In this document: positions 1 through 14,327 of the stretch, piece after piece
Position numbering within the stretch: position 1 is the first letter of the stretch
How the letters are laid out: every line of letters begins with the position of its first letter
Origin: Paraspadella gotoi
Taxonomy: Eukaryota > Animalia > Chaetognatha
Assembly: GCA_051294375.1 (NCBI GenBank)
Contig: CM119267.1
Location: 301,409 to 365,408 of the forward strand
Length of the DNA: 64,000 nucleotides
Direction of reading: 5' to 3'
The notes under the pieces: model-generated
What the model was told of the DNA's origin: nothing
The model's database searches: none
The model's input: only the letters and a program-made list of their open reading frames with translations
Translations under genes and position numbers: made by a program

Positions 1-774
1 TCGAGTTCCGAGATTCGCTCTTACTTTTCGGCGCGATCGAAATCACGCAGACCTATTTCAGTCGACTTCGAGACTTCCCTTACTACTACCGACAAAGTGA
101 ATTATAGAGCCGGAATTTGCTGTAAGCAGATCCGGCTAAAAAAATGCTTCAATAAGTTTCAATATATTGATTGCTGCAGCTTATATAGTTTATCTTTAAA
201 AAATCATAAACCGATAAGAATTTAAAAAAAATATTGCTATCAAGAATTAGTCAATTATCTGTTTATAAAGAGTTACCTAAATTTATAAAGCAAGCTTTTT
301 AAAAAATATTAAAAAATAACCCTTTTTAAAAAGGAATATTGTAAAACATCCGCGCATGTATGAAGCTCGTTTTGAGCCCTACTACTAAGCTGGATCACGA
401 ACTTCAAATTTTCTGGCAAGGTCTACTGAGTAATAGTAATCGTGAAAAGAAATAATAAAAATGCAAACATTTGAAAGCGGAGGGTAAAAAAAAACGGGGA
501 AAAAATAATAAACAAACAAAACAAATAAAATAAGACAAGAAAAACATAAAATAAAATAAAACTTAAACATAAAATAAAACAAAAACAATGAGAGAAAAAA
601 AATTACTGAAAATAAGTCAAAAACTAAAAAAGAAAAAAAGTTAAATCAAACAAAAATTAAACAATAACAATATATAATAATATAAATAATAAAAACAAAC
701 CGACTAATAAACTAAAATGATTAAAATAATAAAGATAAAATAGAAATTTAAAAAACAATCCCAAGCCCGTTTCC

Positions 775-3700
775 TCATAATTTCGGATAAATCTTCGTCT
801 CTCCCTTTCTCTCTCCCGCAACGCCATCTCTTTCTTCCCGCGACGTCAATTCTAACGCGTGACTCACGGCGCCGTGAGTCGGCGTCGGCGCCAACTCTAA
901 CAACGCCTCCACCTCGGCGTCGGTGAATTGAGCGTGGCGTTGTCGGCCAGCGCTGTCGGTCGACGAGGTCGACGTCGGTAGAGACGTCGGTCTCGCCGGC
1001 GGTTGGCGAGACGACGCCGCCGCCAACGGCGACCTCGACCTCTCCGGACTCGGTGCTGTCAAACCGGCGCCTCGACCGCGCCCCAAAGTCGGCGTCGCTT
1101 CTGGAGCGTCGCAGAGAACGTAGCGTCCATCGGAGTCGACGTCGACCCTCAAGTCTCTCGTCTCTACGCCTCCTCCTCCTCCTCCTCCTCCTCCTACCGC
1201 CTCCTTTGCCAACTCCTTCCCCGTCTTCTTCACCATCTTCTTCGCAAAAGTCTTCTTGCTCAATCCGATGCCCATCGCAGCGTCGGCCGTGTCCACCAAA
1301 TTCCCGAAGGCGTCAGAGGCAACGCCAGCGACGACAGCCGCTTCAGAGCCGTACTTGTAGTCGACGATTTGGACCGTGGAGGATTTGACGCTGGACTGAA
1401 GGGGAGGGAGGAGAGAGGGAGGGAGGGGGAGAGAGAAAGGGGGTGAGGGAGTTTGAGGGAGAGGGGGAGGGAGTGAGGGAGGAGAGGGAGGTACAAGAGG
1501 GGGAGGAGGGAAGGAGGAAAAAAGGGGAGGAGGTAGGGAGGAGAGGGGGAGGGAAGGAGAGGAAGAGAGAGAGGAAGAAGAAGAGAGAAGTTTATTAAAG
1601 ACTAATTTTTTTACTTTAAAATATAAAACGTCGCTGTGTAATGACGTAATATCACTACAAGGTGAAAATGACTCTCCCTCCATATGATATCGCACTGGGC
1701 TTACGCTTGATATCTGAAACCAATGGTCACGGGTTCAAGCCCTGGTCTTGGTTAAACCACCGGTAGCAAGCTTACCTATCTCGCGTGGCAACCAATAACC
1801 TACCTACTGACTAAAAATCCATTCCTTTCTCTTTCTTCTTCACCTTTAAAATCTCTTTAGCCTCGTCCAATCCGGTGAAGACGACTCCGAGTCCCTCCAG
1901 ACTCAACTTGACGATCCACTTGATCTGCGCCATGGTTCCGCCGCCGCCACCGCCGCCGCCGCCGACCCCGCCGTCTCCTTTCCCGAAGACCAGATGGGCC
2001 AATGACCTGCCAACGGCTCTGGCGGCGCCTCCCACCCAACCTTCCACCTTCTCCGCGGCCACTTTGGTCACCCGCGTCCCTTTTTTGGCCAATTCGACCC
2101 CCTTGACCACCTTGGGGTCCACCTTCTTGCCCGGTTCCGGCTCCATGCGGCGCTGCGCCGCTTCCGCTCCTTTCTGCAGCCCGTACTCCGCAGCTTTGGC
2201 TCCCATCACGATTCCTTTGCCGATCAAGTCCGCGCCTTTGAGGACAGCCGTTTCCGCTGCGCTGCGGCTGCTGGGATCTTTTAATGCGGCAGCCGCGGAG
2301 GCGGAGCCAACGTTGCTGCTGTCTCCTTCGCGCCGCAGGACGCCGCAGGACTCGACGATGTCCTGCGGAGAAGATTGATTTGATTGATTAATTTGAATGA
2401 TTTGATTGATTAATTTGTTGATTGATTGATTGATTGATTTATTGATCCATTGCTCAAGAGGAAGTTTGGAGTTTGGACGCTCTTATGTGAGTCGAGTTAA
2501 AGTCGGGAGCACGGGATCTTAATCCTGGGGTAAGTTAAACCTAGGGGAGAGGCCTGATTGGGCGCCACTGGGAAGATGGGTAAGTTCTGATTAGTCTCTC
2601 ATCAGGTACAAGAGGTAAGTAAGGAAAAGTAGTCTAATAAGTTTAAAGTATAGTAATGACGGTTATTTACAAAATAAGAGAGAGGGGGATGGAGATTTCT
2701 TGTGCCCCGACTAGTGGATGGAGCCCGACTCTTCTTGACTCTTGGGTAGTCGGTGGGATGAGGTGCAGGGAATGACTTAAAGGGTGAAGATCAGCTTCGG
2801 GAAAAAAAGGAAGATGGCTTTTGGCGATAAACGGCCCTTTATCTTCCCCCACCCCTTTCTCTCAAAACCTTAAACATCTTCTTATTCGCTTCCGAGACTC
2901 CGGAGTCGAACACGATGGCCACCGAATGCCGATCCCCGCCGGAAACCGCATCCGGAAAAGTGAAGATCCCGGATGTAGAAAGAAAAACGGGAGATTTTCT
3001 CGGGATGAGAGGATAAGACCATTCGCCGTTTCGGACGACGAGGTAAGCGGCGGGGTGGTCGTCCGGTCCGAGCTCGTGATAAGTGGGGGATCGGAATATC
3101 TATAGGTTGAAAGGGAGGAAGGGAGGAAGGAGAGAGGAGGAAGAAGGAGAAAGGGAGGGAGGAAGAAGGGAGGGAGAAAAGGAGGGAGGAAAAGGGAGGA
3201 AGGAGAAAGAGGGCAGAAGGGAGGGAGGAAGAAGGAGAAAGGGAGTTAGGGAGAAGGGAGGGAGGAAGGGGAAGGAAGGAGAGAGAGGGGAGAAAGTAGG
3301 GAGGAAGATGGAGAAAGGGAGTAAGGGAGAAGGGAGGGAGGAAGGGGAAGTAAGGAGAGAGAGGGGAGATACTGTTACTCTGGTAGTGAATAAACGAGAC
3401 TGTGAGAGAGAAAGTGTCGCAGAGTCTTGCTATGAAATTGGTACAACCAATATAAAAATTATCCATTCATTTAATGATAATATTGATAATGTTATTATCT
3501 TGTAAGAGACCTTATTAGACCTTATTAGACCAACATAGACTGTCTCAAGTTCGGAGACAATATTGCTTTTTTTTTTTTTAAAAAAAACAATTTTTATATA
3601 TGTTGTACCCATTTAATTATGTTCTTCTGTCCTTCTCTCTTCTAATCTTTCTGTTTTTCTGTCTTTCTGTCTTTCTCTCTTCTAGTATCTCGTTTCTTAT

Positions 3701-3790
3701 TCTCTTGGTTTTTAGGCTTGTCTATCGGTCGGTCAGTCTTGCTCCGTCTCTTTTTCACTCTATTTCTTGCGTCAATCTATTTTCCCATCC

Positions 3791-3889
<99 letters not shown>

Positions 3890-4075
3890 AACCTGCAGGA
3901 ACGTCGCCCCCGGCAATGTAGTCACAGCCCTTCCTTCTTTGTCGATGTAATACAAAATCACGCCGGATGGAATCGTCAGCAGAATTTCCGGCAGATCGAA
4001 ATCCGGCGAAGTCGGCGCCGAGGGATAAATCGGCGCCGGAACGCCGGGTGGAGGAGATTCCATGTGGACGTCCAT
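775..4075 (-). CDS. SPART: Spartin (SPG20)-like protein with senescence domain; exons 4075-3893, 3099-2869, 2362-1844, 1395-775
   Basis: GT-AG, phase-0 exon chain. Translation includes LLTIPSGVILYYID, EWSYPLIPRKSPVFLSTSGIFTFPD, KGIVMGAKAAEYGLQKGA..VDPKVVKGVELAKKGT and STVQIVDYKYGSEA..KKMVKKTG, which match spartin middle and senescence-domain motifs as I recall them. Confidence 0.88.
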
Positions 4076-4476
4076 TGTTGATCCGAGATGATGTTGTCTT
4101 TGATGTAGATAATGCAGACGATGTAGCTGTAGTTGACAATGTTATTCCTAATTAGTCATTTAAATCACCTTCATTTTTGAAGGAAAACAGATACGTTTTT
4201 TTATTTTATGTTTTTATTTTGTTTTTGTTTTTTTGTTTTTTGTTTTTTGTTTTCTTTTAATCTTTCGCGGTTTAAGTAAATGGGAGGTTCTCCTTGATGT
4301 TGTAGCTGATGTACATCAACAGAAACGACTTGTTTCCTTTGTTTTGTTTTGTTTTTTTCTTTTTCGATTCTTTGTTTTGTCTTGTGTCGCCTATAATCTT
4401 TTTCGCGTCGACAAAAAAAAATTGAAAAAACAAAAGATAAAAACTAAAACTGAAAACTTAAATTGAAAACTAAAGC

Positions 4477-4595
<119 letters not shown>

Positions 4596-4773
4596 TTGCC
4601 ACCAATTAATCCTCAGATTTATCATTTTTCTCTTCTTGATGTCACGAGATTCAGTCAAATTCAGTTTCGTCTGAAACTTTTTCGAAATCGAAGAGAGAAA
4701 AAATCTTGAAACTTCTACAGTAAAACTCGTTTTTAACGGAAAATATTTTCTTTTACCAGCACCGAAATTAAAT

Positions 4774-4829
<56 letters not shown>

Positions 4830-5562
4830 TTCGTCGTCGACATTGTCGATCAGTTATCAAGTTTCGAATAACTTTTTTATTTTCTTTATATTATCTTATT
4901 GGTTGATTATTAATGTTTATTATTAATTATTATTAATTATTAATTATTATTATTAATGTTCCTTTTTTTTCTGCCAGGGGGAAAACGAATGACGACGGCA
5001 AAAATTATCAGAGATGTTGCTTGGATTCTAGTTTTTGAAACTTATAATAAAAAATTTAGTATTTTTAAATTTAAATTTGTTCAGGTTAAACTCTCGTTTT
5101 ATTATTAGTTTCGTCTTCTGCCTTAAAAAAAATATTTTAATAATATTTTTTAAATATTTTTAAAATATTTTAAGAATATTTTTAAACTCGCTAAGTCTTT
5201 CCTTTTTTCTAAATCAGAGTAAATCCCTGATTTGAGTTTCGCCCAAAATAACTGTCTGGGTTTTAATTTTATGCATTTTTATCTGTAGCTTATTTGTTTA
5301 ATAGTAGGAAATTTTCAGTATTATTTAAAGCATCAATAAAATAACGTTTATCAAAAACGAGCGAATTTTTGAAGATGAAGATGACGACGAAGAAAGACGC
5401 TTAAAAAAAACAACGCAAAATTAAAATAAAACATATTTTTAATGCTTATGTTGAGTTTTTTGCCTTATTTTTTAGTTCTTTCATTTTCGAGCAAGCAACT
5501 TCCAGATTCTCAGTTCGAAGCTTAACCTGCATGCCTAACTCCTTGACTGGGCTCGGCTAGGA

Positions 5563-5631
<69 letters not shown>

Positions 5632-5856
5632 ACAAAACAATAAATCATCGAGTTGTACGGAGTAGTGATAGAGCTCTTGAATAATAAACTATTTATTTTT
5701 AAAATATTTATTTACTTTTTTTTTACTTTTATTTTAAGTAGTTTGTAGCAGGATAATAAATAAAAATTGATGTAACTATTTCGTTTATCGATAGGATATG
5801 AATGGAAACTTAAATTTTTACTTGATCTGAATCGAATAGAATTCTCTCGGCCTTTC

Positions 5857-5931
<75 letters not shown>

Positions 5932-6050
5932 ATCACACACACACACACATCATGACCACCTTGAACGCCTCGTTCCCCTTTGCCGCTCCAAACTTCCTTC
6001 ATCACCTGGCGCCCTCTCATTCCTCGCCGAGAAAACGTTCGGCACCGGAA

Positions 6051-9000
6051 ATGCGTCTAACGCCGCTAATTTTTCCGACAAGGCGCGATCGACCGGCGCG
6101 CGGCGCCTCTCTCTCCTCTCCGGACCTCGCTCTCGCCAATCCGGCGTCGTTTCTCTCCACTCAACTCCGTTCCATTCCCCGGCGCTCTTTTCGCAAAACC
6201 GGCGCTCTTTCGTCTTTACATCTCCGTCGCCCGACGTTGAAATTCCCGAAGTTGATCTGTTTTCGGCGGCGAGGCGGCGCTACAGGGAAAACATGGACGG
6301 CGTCGTCTTTGTGGATTATGAATCAAAGGTGTTATGTAGTTGGAAAAAGATAATTTTTAAAATTGATAAATTAAGTTACTTTGTATTTTGATTTTTTATA
6401 TTATTAGTTTTAATTATAATATTTCAATTAATTAGTCAAATCTAGTTTATTTAAATAAGAAATTAATAAGTAAATTATTTTTTATATTTTATTTTGGTAA
6501 AAAATAATTAGCAACTTTAATATATTTTATTTTATTATTAAAAATATTATTGAATATTATTTTTATAATTAAATTTAAATATCAAATATTTTTTATTGTA
6601 TTTTATCTTATTATAAATTATTTAAATTTATATCTTTTTTAGTTGCGCCGCGAGTACTCGGTCCGTCGGTCGGTTGGTATGTCGGTCCGTCGGTCTGTCC
6701 CTCTTACGTTAAAAATGCATATATTTTGGTCTATAGAGTTGGTGCTCATGTTGTTAAGACAGAAAACACCTCAAATCTAAGAGACTGCAAGCGCCGCCTT
6801 CAGGAAATTCTAAAACTATAAGAAATAAAAGACGGAATTTTGATGCAGTGCATGTCATAAATATATGGGCTAAGATAGTTATTGTAGTCATGTTATGTCA
6901 CGTCATGTCATGTCACGTCATGTCATTCCACGAGAATACACGTGATAAAGCAGTCACTGCGGCGCAACACATTTGAATTACCCATCTTGTTATTTTTTTT
7001 TTTATTTTTTAACCATCAACTCACACCCCTACTCCACGCCTGTATTTTCTAAGCGTTCCTGGACGGCGGGCGAAGTGTTGCAGTCCTCGGAGGCGGCGGC
7101 GGCATCCTTGGCGGAGCTGGGATTCCGCGCAGGGGATCGCCTCCTTATTTTCTCCGCCAACAGGCCCGAGTACGCCGTCGTCTGTTACGCCGCCTGGGCG
7201 TTGGGCGGCGTGGTAACGCCCGCCAACTCGTCGTACGTGGCGGCGGAATTGGAGGCGCAAGTAGGAGAGAGAGAGAGAGAGACAGAGAGAGAGAGACTTG
7301 ACTTCTTTCTCAGATCAGCTTGATTCTCCACATTCCACTCCATTTTATTCTATTTTATTCCATTCTATTCCATTCTATTCCATTTTAATCCCTACTATTC
7401 CATTCTATTCCATTTGATTCTATTCCATTCCACCCGCCCAAAATAAGGCTTCCTCCTCATTCGCTCGTTTCCTCGCTTGTGATCTCGACCGCCTCCCAAC
7501 GGCGAAATCCGTCTTCGCCGTAAGTTCGTCCTTGGATCGTCTTATCGTTCTCGACGCCGACGACGATTTCGTCCTTGACGACGCGACGACGACGACGACG
7601 ACGACGCTGCGCGCGCTGATTCGCAGCGGCGGTGGCTCTGCAGCGGCGTTGCTGACGGCGCCGCCCGTGAATCCCGGCGTGGATGCGGCGTTCCTTCCCT
7701 TCAGCAGCGGAACTACCGGCGCGCCTAAGGGCGTCGTCTTGACTCACGCCAACGTCGTTGCAAATCATAGACAGATGAGATCAGAGGAATACGCCGTGGC
7801 TAGGAAAGGTTGTGGTTGGCTGTGGGTGGATTTGGTTGGCTGTGGGTGTCTTTGGTTGACTGTGGGTGGCTTTGGTTGGCTGTGGGTGGCTGTGGTTGAC
7901 TGTGGGTGGCTGTGGGTGGCTTTGTTTGGTTGGTTGTGGTTGGCGATTATTATTGTGATGATGATGTACAAGAAAAAAACGACATGATTATTTTTCACAG
8001 ACGATTTTGGAAAATAATTAAAGAATAATTGATTGTAGTAATTAAATATTGACTGATAAAATAACCCGAATCGCTGACTGACCGACTCAATGACTTAATT
8101 CAATCCTGATTGACTCACTGACTTACTGATTAGCTTACTCGTCTGATTGACTTATTAAATGATTTATTGGATTGACTGATTAACGGATTCTTTTACGATT
8201 TGACTATCTGATTGACCGAGATTCTGATTGACAATATATTTATATGAAATTTAATTAAACGAATATGAATTATTCTCTATCTCACAAACCAGGCGAATAT
8301 CTCCTCGGCCTGCTTCCCTTCTATCACACTTACGGCCTCAGTATCCTCATGACAGGCGCCACATTAGCAGGCGCCTGCCTGGTGACCGTCCCCAGTTTCG
8401 AACCCGAATCTTTCCTGCGAATCACGCAAGATTACAAGATCCGGCTGTTGCACGTGGTTCCGCCATTGGCGATCTTCTTGGCCAAACATCCCCTCGTAGA
8501 TAAATTCGACCTCTCTTCGGTGCAGACCCTCTTTTGCGGCGCGGCGCCGCTAAGTAAAGAAACGGAGACTCTTTTGCGGCGCCGACTCGGTGATCTCGAG
8601 ATCCGGCAGGGCTACGGCCTTTCCGAGACGACGGTGCTGACGATCGTTCCGGCAAAGCTCGCCGAAACCCGGCCAGGCTCGGTCGGCGTTCCTATTCCAA
8701 ACACGAGACTGAAGATAGTGGATCCGGAATCCGGCGCGGCGCTGAGCGAAGGTGCCGAGGGAGAGATTCGTGCCAAGGGTCCGCAAGTGATGACGGGCTA
8801 CTTGGGCGCGAGGTGAGCGGTCCGCTTTCTCGACGAAGAAGGTTGGTTCCGCATCGGAGACGTGGGCCGATTCGAAGACGGTCATCTCTACATCACGGAT
8901 CGATTGAAAGAAATGATCAAGTATAAAGGACACGCCGTGGCACCTGCTTCGTTAGAGGCGTTGATCTTGACGCATCCAGATGTCGCCGACGTCGCCGTCA

Positions 9001-9297
9001 TCGGCGTCAATGCCAGCGAGGACGTTGGCGAGACGCCAAAAGCCTTCGTCGTCCTCAAATCGGGCGTCAAGTTGATGGAGGATGAAGTGGAGACGTTCGT
9101 GGAAGGAAAAGCGTCGCCCTTCTCTTGGTTGAGAGGAGGAGTGGAGTTGTGGAGGAGATTCCCAAGTCGGCCTCGGAAAGATTTTGAGAAAAGTGTTGAG
9201 GGAGAGTGAGAGAGAGAGAGTGAGAGAGAGAGAGAGAGAGAGAGTGAGAGAGAAAGGGAGAGGTGAGAGAGGTTTAGAACGAACGAAGAAAGAATAG
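6051..9297 (+). CDS. ACS-1: luciferase/4CL-like acyl-CoA synthetase (ANL superfamily); about 4 exons (~6051-6328, 7054-7260, 7448-7808, 8293-9297) with several frameshifts
   Basis: Motifs FSSGTTGAPKGV, LPFYHTYG, CGAAPL, QGYGLSE, GDVG, DRLKEMIKYKG and LRGGV..IPKSASGKIL. Small indels near 6290, 8810 and 9150-9180 are either sequencing errors or pseudogenisation. Start and stop are approximate. Confidence 0.85.
6642..6968. mobile_element. MITE-like element, family A (~330 bp, TIR GTTGCGCCGC...GCGGCGCAAC)
   Basis: 10-bp terminal inverted repeat; the internal sequence (gttaagacagaaaa..cctcaaatctaag..gactgcaagcgccgccttc) recurs at 44948-45476 and 46453-46770. Confidence 0.7.
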
Positions 9298-9806
9298 ATT
9301 CGCTCCCAACATCTCTCTCCTCCTTTCGATCTCATAATCTTGAACTAAGAATCAAATTTAATGACTGTCAAATGTTGAGTTGGGGCATCGAAAGCTTTCA
9401 TAATTCATCCAATGGGTTTTTTTTGGTAATTTTATTTTAACATTCCACACCTACTTTTACTGATGACAAATAGCATATTTCGTACTGTGATACTCTCCAC
9501 TTTGGTTTCATATTGAAATCCCTGTCTACTCAATTATAACATTATATTGGTCGACTTAACTTTACGATAATTAGATCGAACAGGTTAACTTTGAACAAAA
9601 GAACAGTTTAGTTCAGCTTTGCTACTTGGCCTACTAATCAAGTTTATTCGATCCTCCCAGGCAAAAAGAAGTTTTCTGCGCGCTCTATCTCCTCTCTCTC
9701 TCTCTTCCTCTCTCCTCCTCTCTCTCTCCTTCGTCCTCTCTCTCTCGTCTCTCTCTCTCGCTCCGAGTGACACCGGTTTCCAGATTCTTACTCAAGTTCT
9801 CTTGCT

Positions 9807-9885
<79 letters not shown>

Positions 9886-10204
9886 CACACACACACCGGT
9901 TTCCAGATTCGTACTCAAGTTCTTCTGTTTAAATTGAATTCGTACTGGTTATATATTTATATTTTAACTTCTTTTGTAAGGTATTTTTAATTTCTCTCGG
10001 TAATTCGTCGCATGCAAAAGTCACTTTTCTCCATTTTTATTTTTGTTAAATCTGTAATCAATTTGTACTGACGATTGTATATTGTTGAAACTAAGAAAAA
10101 AGATTATTCTTTTCAAAAATTTAAATTACATTTTTTATTTTAGATTTTAACATTCCAAAAAAATAAAAACGACAACAACCAACCAACAATAGCATAAAGA
10201 ACAA

Positions 10205-13200
10205 ATGATGTTTCGCCCTTCGACTTTCGCCTCTCCGTTCTCTCGCCTCCTTAGCCCCTTTCCACGGCCTTTCGCTCGCGGCCTTCGCCCCTTGGCGTGC
10301 CTGAAGGGCTACGGACCGCCCTCTTCGCCGTTCCGCCCACTTCAGCCCCGATCCAACTTACCCTACCTGCCACCCTCGCGCCATCTAGTGTTCGCTTCTC
10401 TCGCCAACGACACTAGCGCCCCCGAGGAGGATGTCTTCAGCGTCGTCAAACGGTTTTACCTCCAACATTCAGATCAAGAAGTCTTTCTCAATTTTGAGAC
10501 GAAACGAGCCTGGACGGCCAGGTTGGGTTAGGGGCTCGATTTGATTGGTTAATGTGGTTAATTCGATCGGATTTTGATTGGGTAATCTGTCGATAAGGTT
10601 TTATTTAATTTAGTTATAATAATTTTTAGACAAAATAGAGTTTTATTTATATATATTTATAGTTATTTATATTTATAAACATATACGCTTTTCTTGTTTG
10701 AAACGATAGACCAAGATTTTTTTTAGAATTTTAAAATACAATAAAAAATTGAACACTATTTTTTTAAATTTTGAGTATTTTGTTTAACAATATTTATATT
10801 TTTAACTATGTATACATATTTTTGTTTTTTATCAAAATGATTTAATACATTATTTATTTTAAAGCTTAATTTTAAATCATATATATTTATATTAAAAAAT
10901 TTTTTGTTGCGTTTTTAGATTAGTAACGAAATATTAAATTGTTCACAAACAAATCATATTAATATTTTAAAAAATACACAAATTGACAATTAAAATATTT
11001 ACAATAATAAATTATTTTAATAATTTTTTTATAAATGTTTTCATCAAATTATTAATTATTTGAAATTAAAAATTTAAGATGTTTTTTTTCATTTTCAATT
11101 TTAATCTTATATTTAATAATTGCATTAATTTCTCTTGATATTTCTTTATTTCTCCACATCATATCTTCATCAGGGCAGTGATCAATGCTGCAGAAAGCGT
11201 CGCCGTTGCCCTCTCTTCCATGGGTTTTTCACGCGGCGATCGCCTCTGCATTTTCGCGACAAACTGCCCTGAGTTCGCCGTTACAGTCTTTGCCACATGG
11301 GCACTGGGCGGGCGTCGTTTCTTCCAGCCAACACGACGTTGATCGCTTCAGAATTAAAAGGACAAGTGAACGATTCGGGTTCTACTTTTTGGCATGCACT
11401 AAGGTAAGGATTTATTTATATAGAGGGATGCAAGAAGCAGAATGATGATTGCAATGGATGCAATGAAGCAGCATAAAGATGATAGATTGAATGGATGCAA
11501 TGAAGCAGAATGATGGATTGCAATGGAGCGCAATGAAGCAGAATGATGCGATTGCAATGGATGCAATGAAGTGGGTTTCAGGAAATAAAATCCATTACAA
11601 TAAAGTGATCTTTTAGTAGTGAGGCAACAATAAAAATAAACTATGATCTGAATGCTATTTAATGTAATGATGCAATATTGTCATAGAGAAGGATATAACC
11701 AAATAGGATGAAATAATATAGGATGCAATGAATTAGGGAATAATGAAGCGATATGCAGTAAAGTAGAATAGAGTAGTTGTATTCAATGAAGTGGGATCAA
11801 ATAAAATGTAATTGTTCTACAGGATCTCATTAAGACTGCAGCTGAAGTTTTTCTGTGAAACAAATGAACTTCGACGACTCATAATTTGGATGCAGAAGTT
11901 GATGCTGGTAAATTCAAAATTGTCATATAAAAAGCTCATTTAAAAATAAAATGATTTATTCATAATTACAATACCTATAAATAACATTTTTTAATATGTA
12001 CAATATATACAAAGCAAAATTTTAGCTTTCTAATTATTTTTATGACATTTCAATTATTTCTATCCTATTTTAGCGCCACCTGACATCATCAAAGACTCCA
12101 TCTCCTCAGCTCCCTGATGGAGTTCGACTCGAGTCTCTACTCGGGTCCCCTGAGATCGACCCCTTCAACGACATCGCGGTGCTTCCCTACAGCAGTGGAA
12201 CGACAGGATTGCCCAAGGGAATCATGCTCACCCATCACAATGTCCTTTCCGTTCAATACCGAAATTTTACACCCGATGTTCATAGAGAATATTAAAGGTC
12301 ACCAATTAAAATTGTTGGTTTTTAAATCAAAAGAAACTACAGAATTACCCACTGTGAATTAACCCGATCGCTTTCTTCCCTAAAACTCATCAATTTTCTT
12401 TATTTTCTTTGATTAGACTCTTACACTTTGGGCCTTCTTCCTTTCTTTGATTAGATTCTTACACTTTGGGCCTTCTTCCTTTCTTTGATTAGACTCTTAC
12501 ACTTTGGGCTATCTTCCTTTCTTTGATTAGACTCTTACATTTTGAGCCTTCTTCCTTTCTATCATGGTTATGGCCTTTTCTACTTTTTTCTTTATTTTCT
12601 TTGATTAGACTCTTACACTATGGGCCTTCTTCCTTTCTATCATGGTTATGGCCTTTTCTACTTTTTTCTTTATTTTCTTTGATTAGACTCTTACACTATG
12701 GGCCTTCTTCCTTTCTATCATGGTTATGGCCTTTTCGTCATTCTTCTAAATGCGACCCTCCAAGGCAGCACCGTCGTGACTCTACCCAAGTTTGAGGCCA
12801 AAGATTTTCTCCAATCCATTCAGGTATTCTTAGTTTAATTCATCCAAACTTTTAAAAAGAAATATATAAAAATAATTATTGTAAAAAAAAATATTATTAA
12901 CGAACAATAAACCTTTTTTTTCATTAATCTATTTAAATGTGTAGGACTACAAGATGCCAACGCTTCCCCTGGTGCCACCGTTGGTTGTTTTTATGGCCAA
13001 AGATCCCATCATTGACGATTATGATCTTTCCTCAGTGAAAACCGTTTACTGCGCCGCTGCGCCGCTCAGCAAAGATACGGAACTGCAATTCCTTAAACGC
13101 CTTAAGGTGGATCGTCTCAGACAAGGGTGAGAGCAGTTTTAATTTCAAAGGATTAGTAATATTAACAAGGATTTTTAACTTAAATTAAATGGTTAATGAT

Positions 13201-14122
13201 TTTAAACTCAAATTAAATGGTTAATGATTTTAAACTCAAATTAAATGGTTAATGATTTTAAACTAAAATTAAATGGTTAATGATTTTAAACTAAAATTAA
13301 ATGGTTAATGATTTTGAACTCAGATTAACCTTGTGGTTCATCTTAGATACGGACTTTCGGAAAGCCTCATCAACTCGGCCGTCTCTAATCTTCCTGGTAC
13401 ATCCACCCCTGGATCATCGGGGATGATCTTTCCCAACACTAAACTCAAGATTTTGGACATCGAGTCCGGAAAGGAATTGGGTTACGGAGAAGAAGGAGAA
13501 ATCTGTGTTCGCGGGCCTCAAGTCATGAAGGTATTTTATCATTTTGCCATTTTAATATCCTTTTTTTTATGAATTTTATTATAAATAAGAAATAGTTTGT
13601 TAATTATAACTCCATTTCTATTGCAGGGCTACTTGAACAATGAAAAAGCAACAGATGATTGCATCGATGAGGACGGTTGGCTTCACACCGGAGACGTAGG
13701 CTACTTTGCTGAAGATCAAAACCTCTTTGTGACTGACAGAGTGAAAGAGCTCATCAAGTACAAGGGACATCAGGTCAATTGTCAACTTTGCAAGACATAG
13801 GAAAGCGGAATTGAAGTTTGCACGAGTCATTTCCGCTGATCAGGTCGCTCCCGCAACGCTGGAATCACTATTGCTGACCCACAAGGCCGTCGCCGACGCC
13901 GCCGTCATTGGTGTCCCGTCCGGTGAAGATGTTGGCGAACTTCCCAAAGCTTTCGTCGTGTTGAAGACAGACGCGAGTCACGTGACTGCGGAGGAAATCC
14001 AAGGATTTGTAAAGGAACGGACGTCGCCCTTTGGTTGGTTGCGAGGCGGCGTCGACTTTGTGGCTTCCATCCCCAAAGCTGCGTCGGGGAAGATCCTGCG
14101 GCGTCTGCTGCGGAATCAATGA
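10205..14122 (+). CDS. ACS-2: luciferase/4CL-like acyl-CoA synthetase; 9 exons (10205-10521, 11174-11403, 11823-11907, 12074-12297, 12687-12823, 12945-13126, 13347-13530, 13627-13773, 13844-14122)
   Basis: Motifs [57 protein letters not shown] and [12 protein letters not shown]; GT-AG junctions. A few indels in exons 2-4. Confidence 0.9.
12401..12736 (+). repeat. Tandem repeat (3 x 38 bp, then 78-bp units) spanning the ACS-2 exon 5 acceptor
   Basis: Units starting gattagactcttacac at 12411, 12449, 12487, 12525, 12603 and 12681. Confidence 0.9.
13171..13325 (+). repeat. ~29-bp intronic minisatellite, about 5 copies
   Basis: attttaaact(c/a)aaattaaatggttaatg repeated. Confidence 0.85.
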
Positions 14123-14327
14123 CGCAGCGTTGAGAATGAAAAATTGAAACAAATGTAATGAAATATTATGTAATTGATGTGAACAAAGAAATTCGAATTG
14201 CATGTTTAGGCTTTCGTCTCAGAGGCCTATAGGGGAAAGCTGATTGTCTAACCATCGTTGGTTGTCAGTTCTTAAGAATTAGATCAATAACTATTAAAGA
14301 AACAAGTTTGAGCGGGCATTTAGCATT

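Noticed and set aside
860-880. 20-bp palindrome gactcacggcgccgtgagtc
   Set aside because: Single occurrence inside the spartin coding exon with no supporting context.
12401-12736. CRISPR-like array
   Set aside because: The repeats are contiguous without unique spacers, lie in a eukaryotic intron, and have no cas genes nearby.
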